Shown here in pieces: positions 63,907 to 64,000 of a stretch of DNA of 64,000 nt; the first letter of the stretch is position 1; each line of letters opens with the position of its first letter. This stretch comes from Octopus vulgaris (taxonomy: Eukaryota): NCBI GenBank assembly GCA_951406725.2, contig OX597817.1, forward strand, positions 14,632,001 through 14,696,000. Direction: 5' to 3'. The translations under genes were made by a program, and so were the position numbers. The notes under the pieces are model-generated. The model ran no database searches. It had not been told where the DNA came from and was given only the letters and a program-made list of their open reading frames with translations.

Positions 63907-64000
63907 CACACATTTTATTGAATGACACAAAACAGGAATTACATAATCACCTTCATTAGCCTACAGCTGTTTCAGCTATAAGATGTTGCACAAACATTCA

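Overview
AT-rich, microsatellite-dense eukaryotic DNA. The tRNA-headed SINE families suggest an octopus (cephalopod) genome; this is an inference. Two host-gene features are supported. One is an intact class-A GPCR with an intronless CDS on + (22120-23334) and atypical TM3/TM7 motifs. The other is one internal exon of RELCH/KIAA1468 on - (35111-35249), so much of the window is probably RELCH intron with the GPCR nested antisense. The rest is a TE patchwork: at least five SINE families, piggyBac-, hAT-, Tc1/mariner- and Merlin-like MITEs, non-autonomous Helitrons, decayed RTE, CR1-like and HERO-like LINEs, and Penelope-like (PLE) remnants. The most unusual signal is a set of minimal type I hammerhead ribozymes (HHRs) in PLE-type terminal repeats with three different cores: canonical CUGAUGA downstream of a tRNA-Ile-like segment, a G3:C8-swapped GUGAACA, and an A6U CUGUYGA shared across four copies. 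Almost all other listed ORFs are microsatellite or SINE artefacts. Repeat boundaries were read by eye and are approximate unless TSDs or TIRs are quoted. Family names come from motif recall, not database searches.
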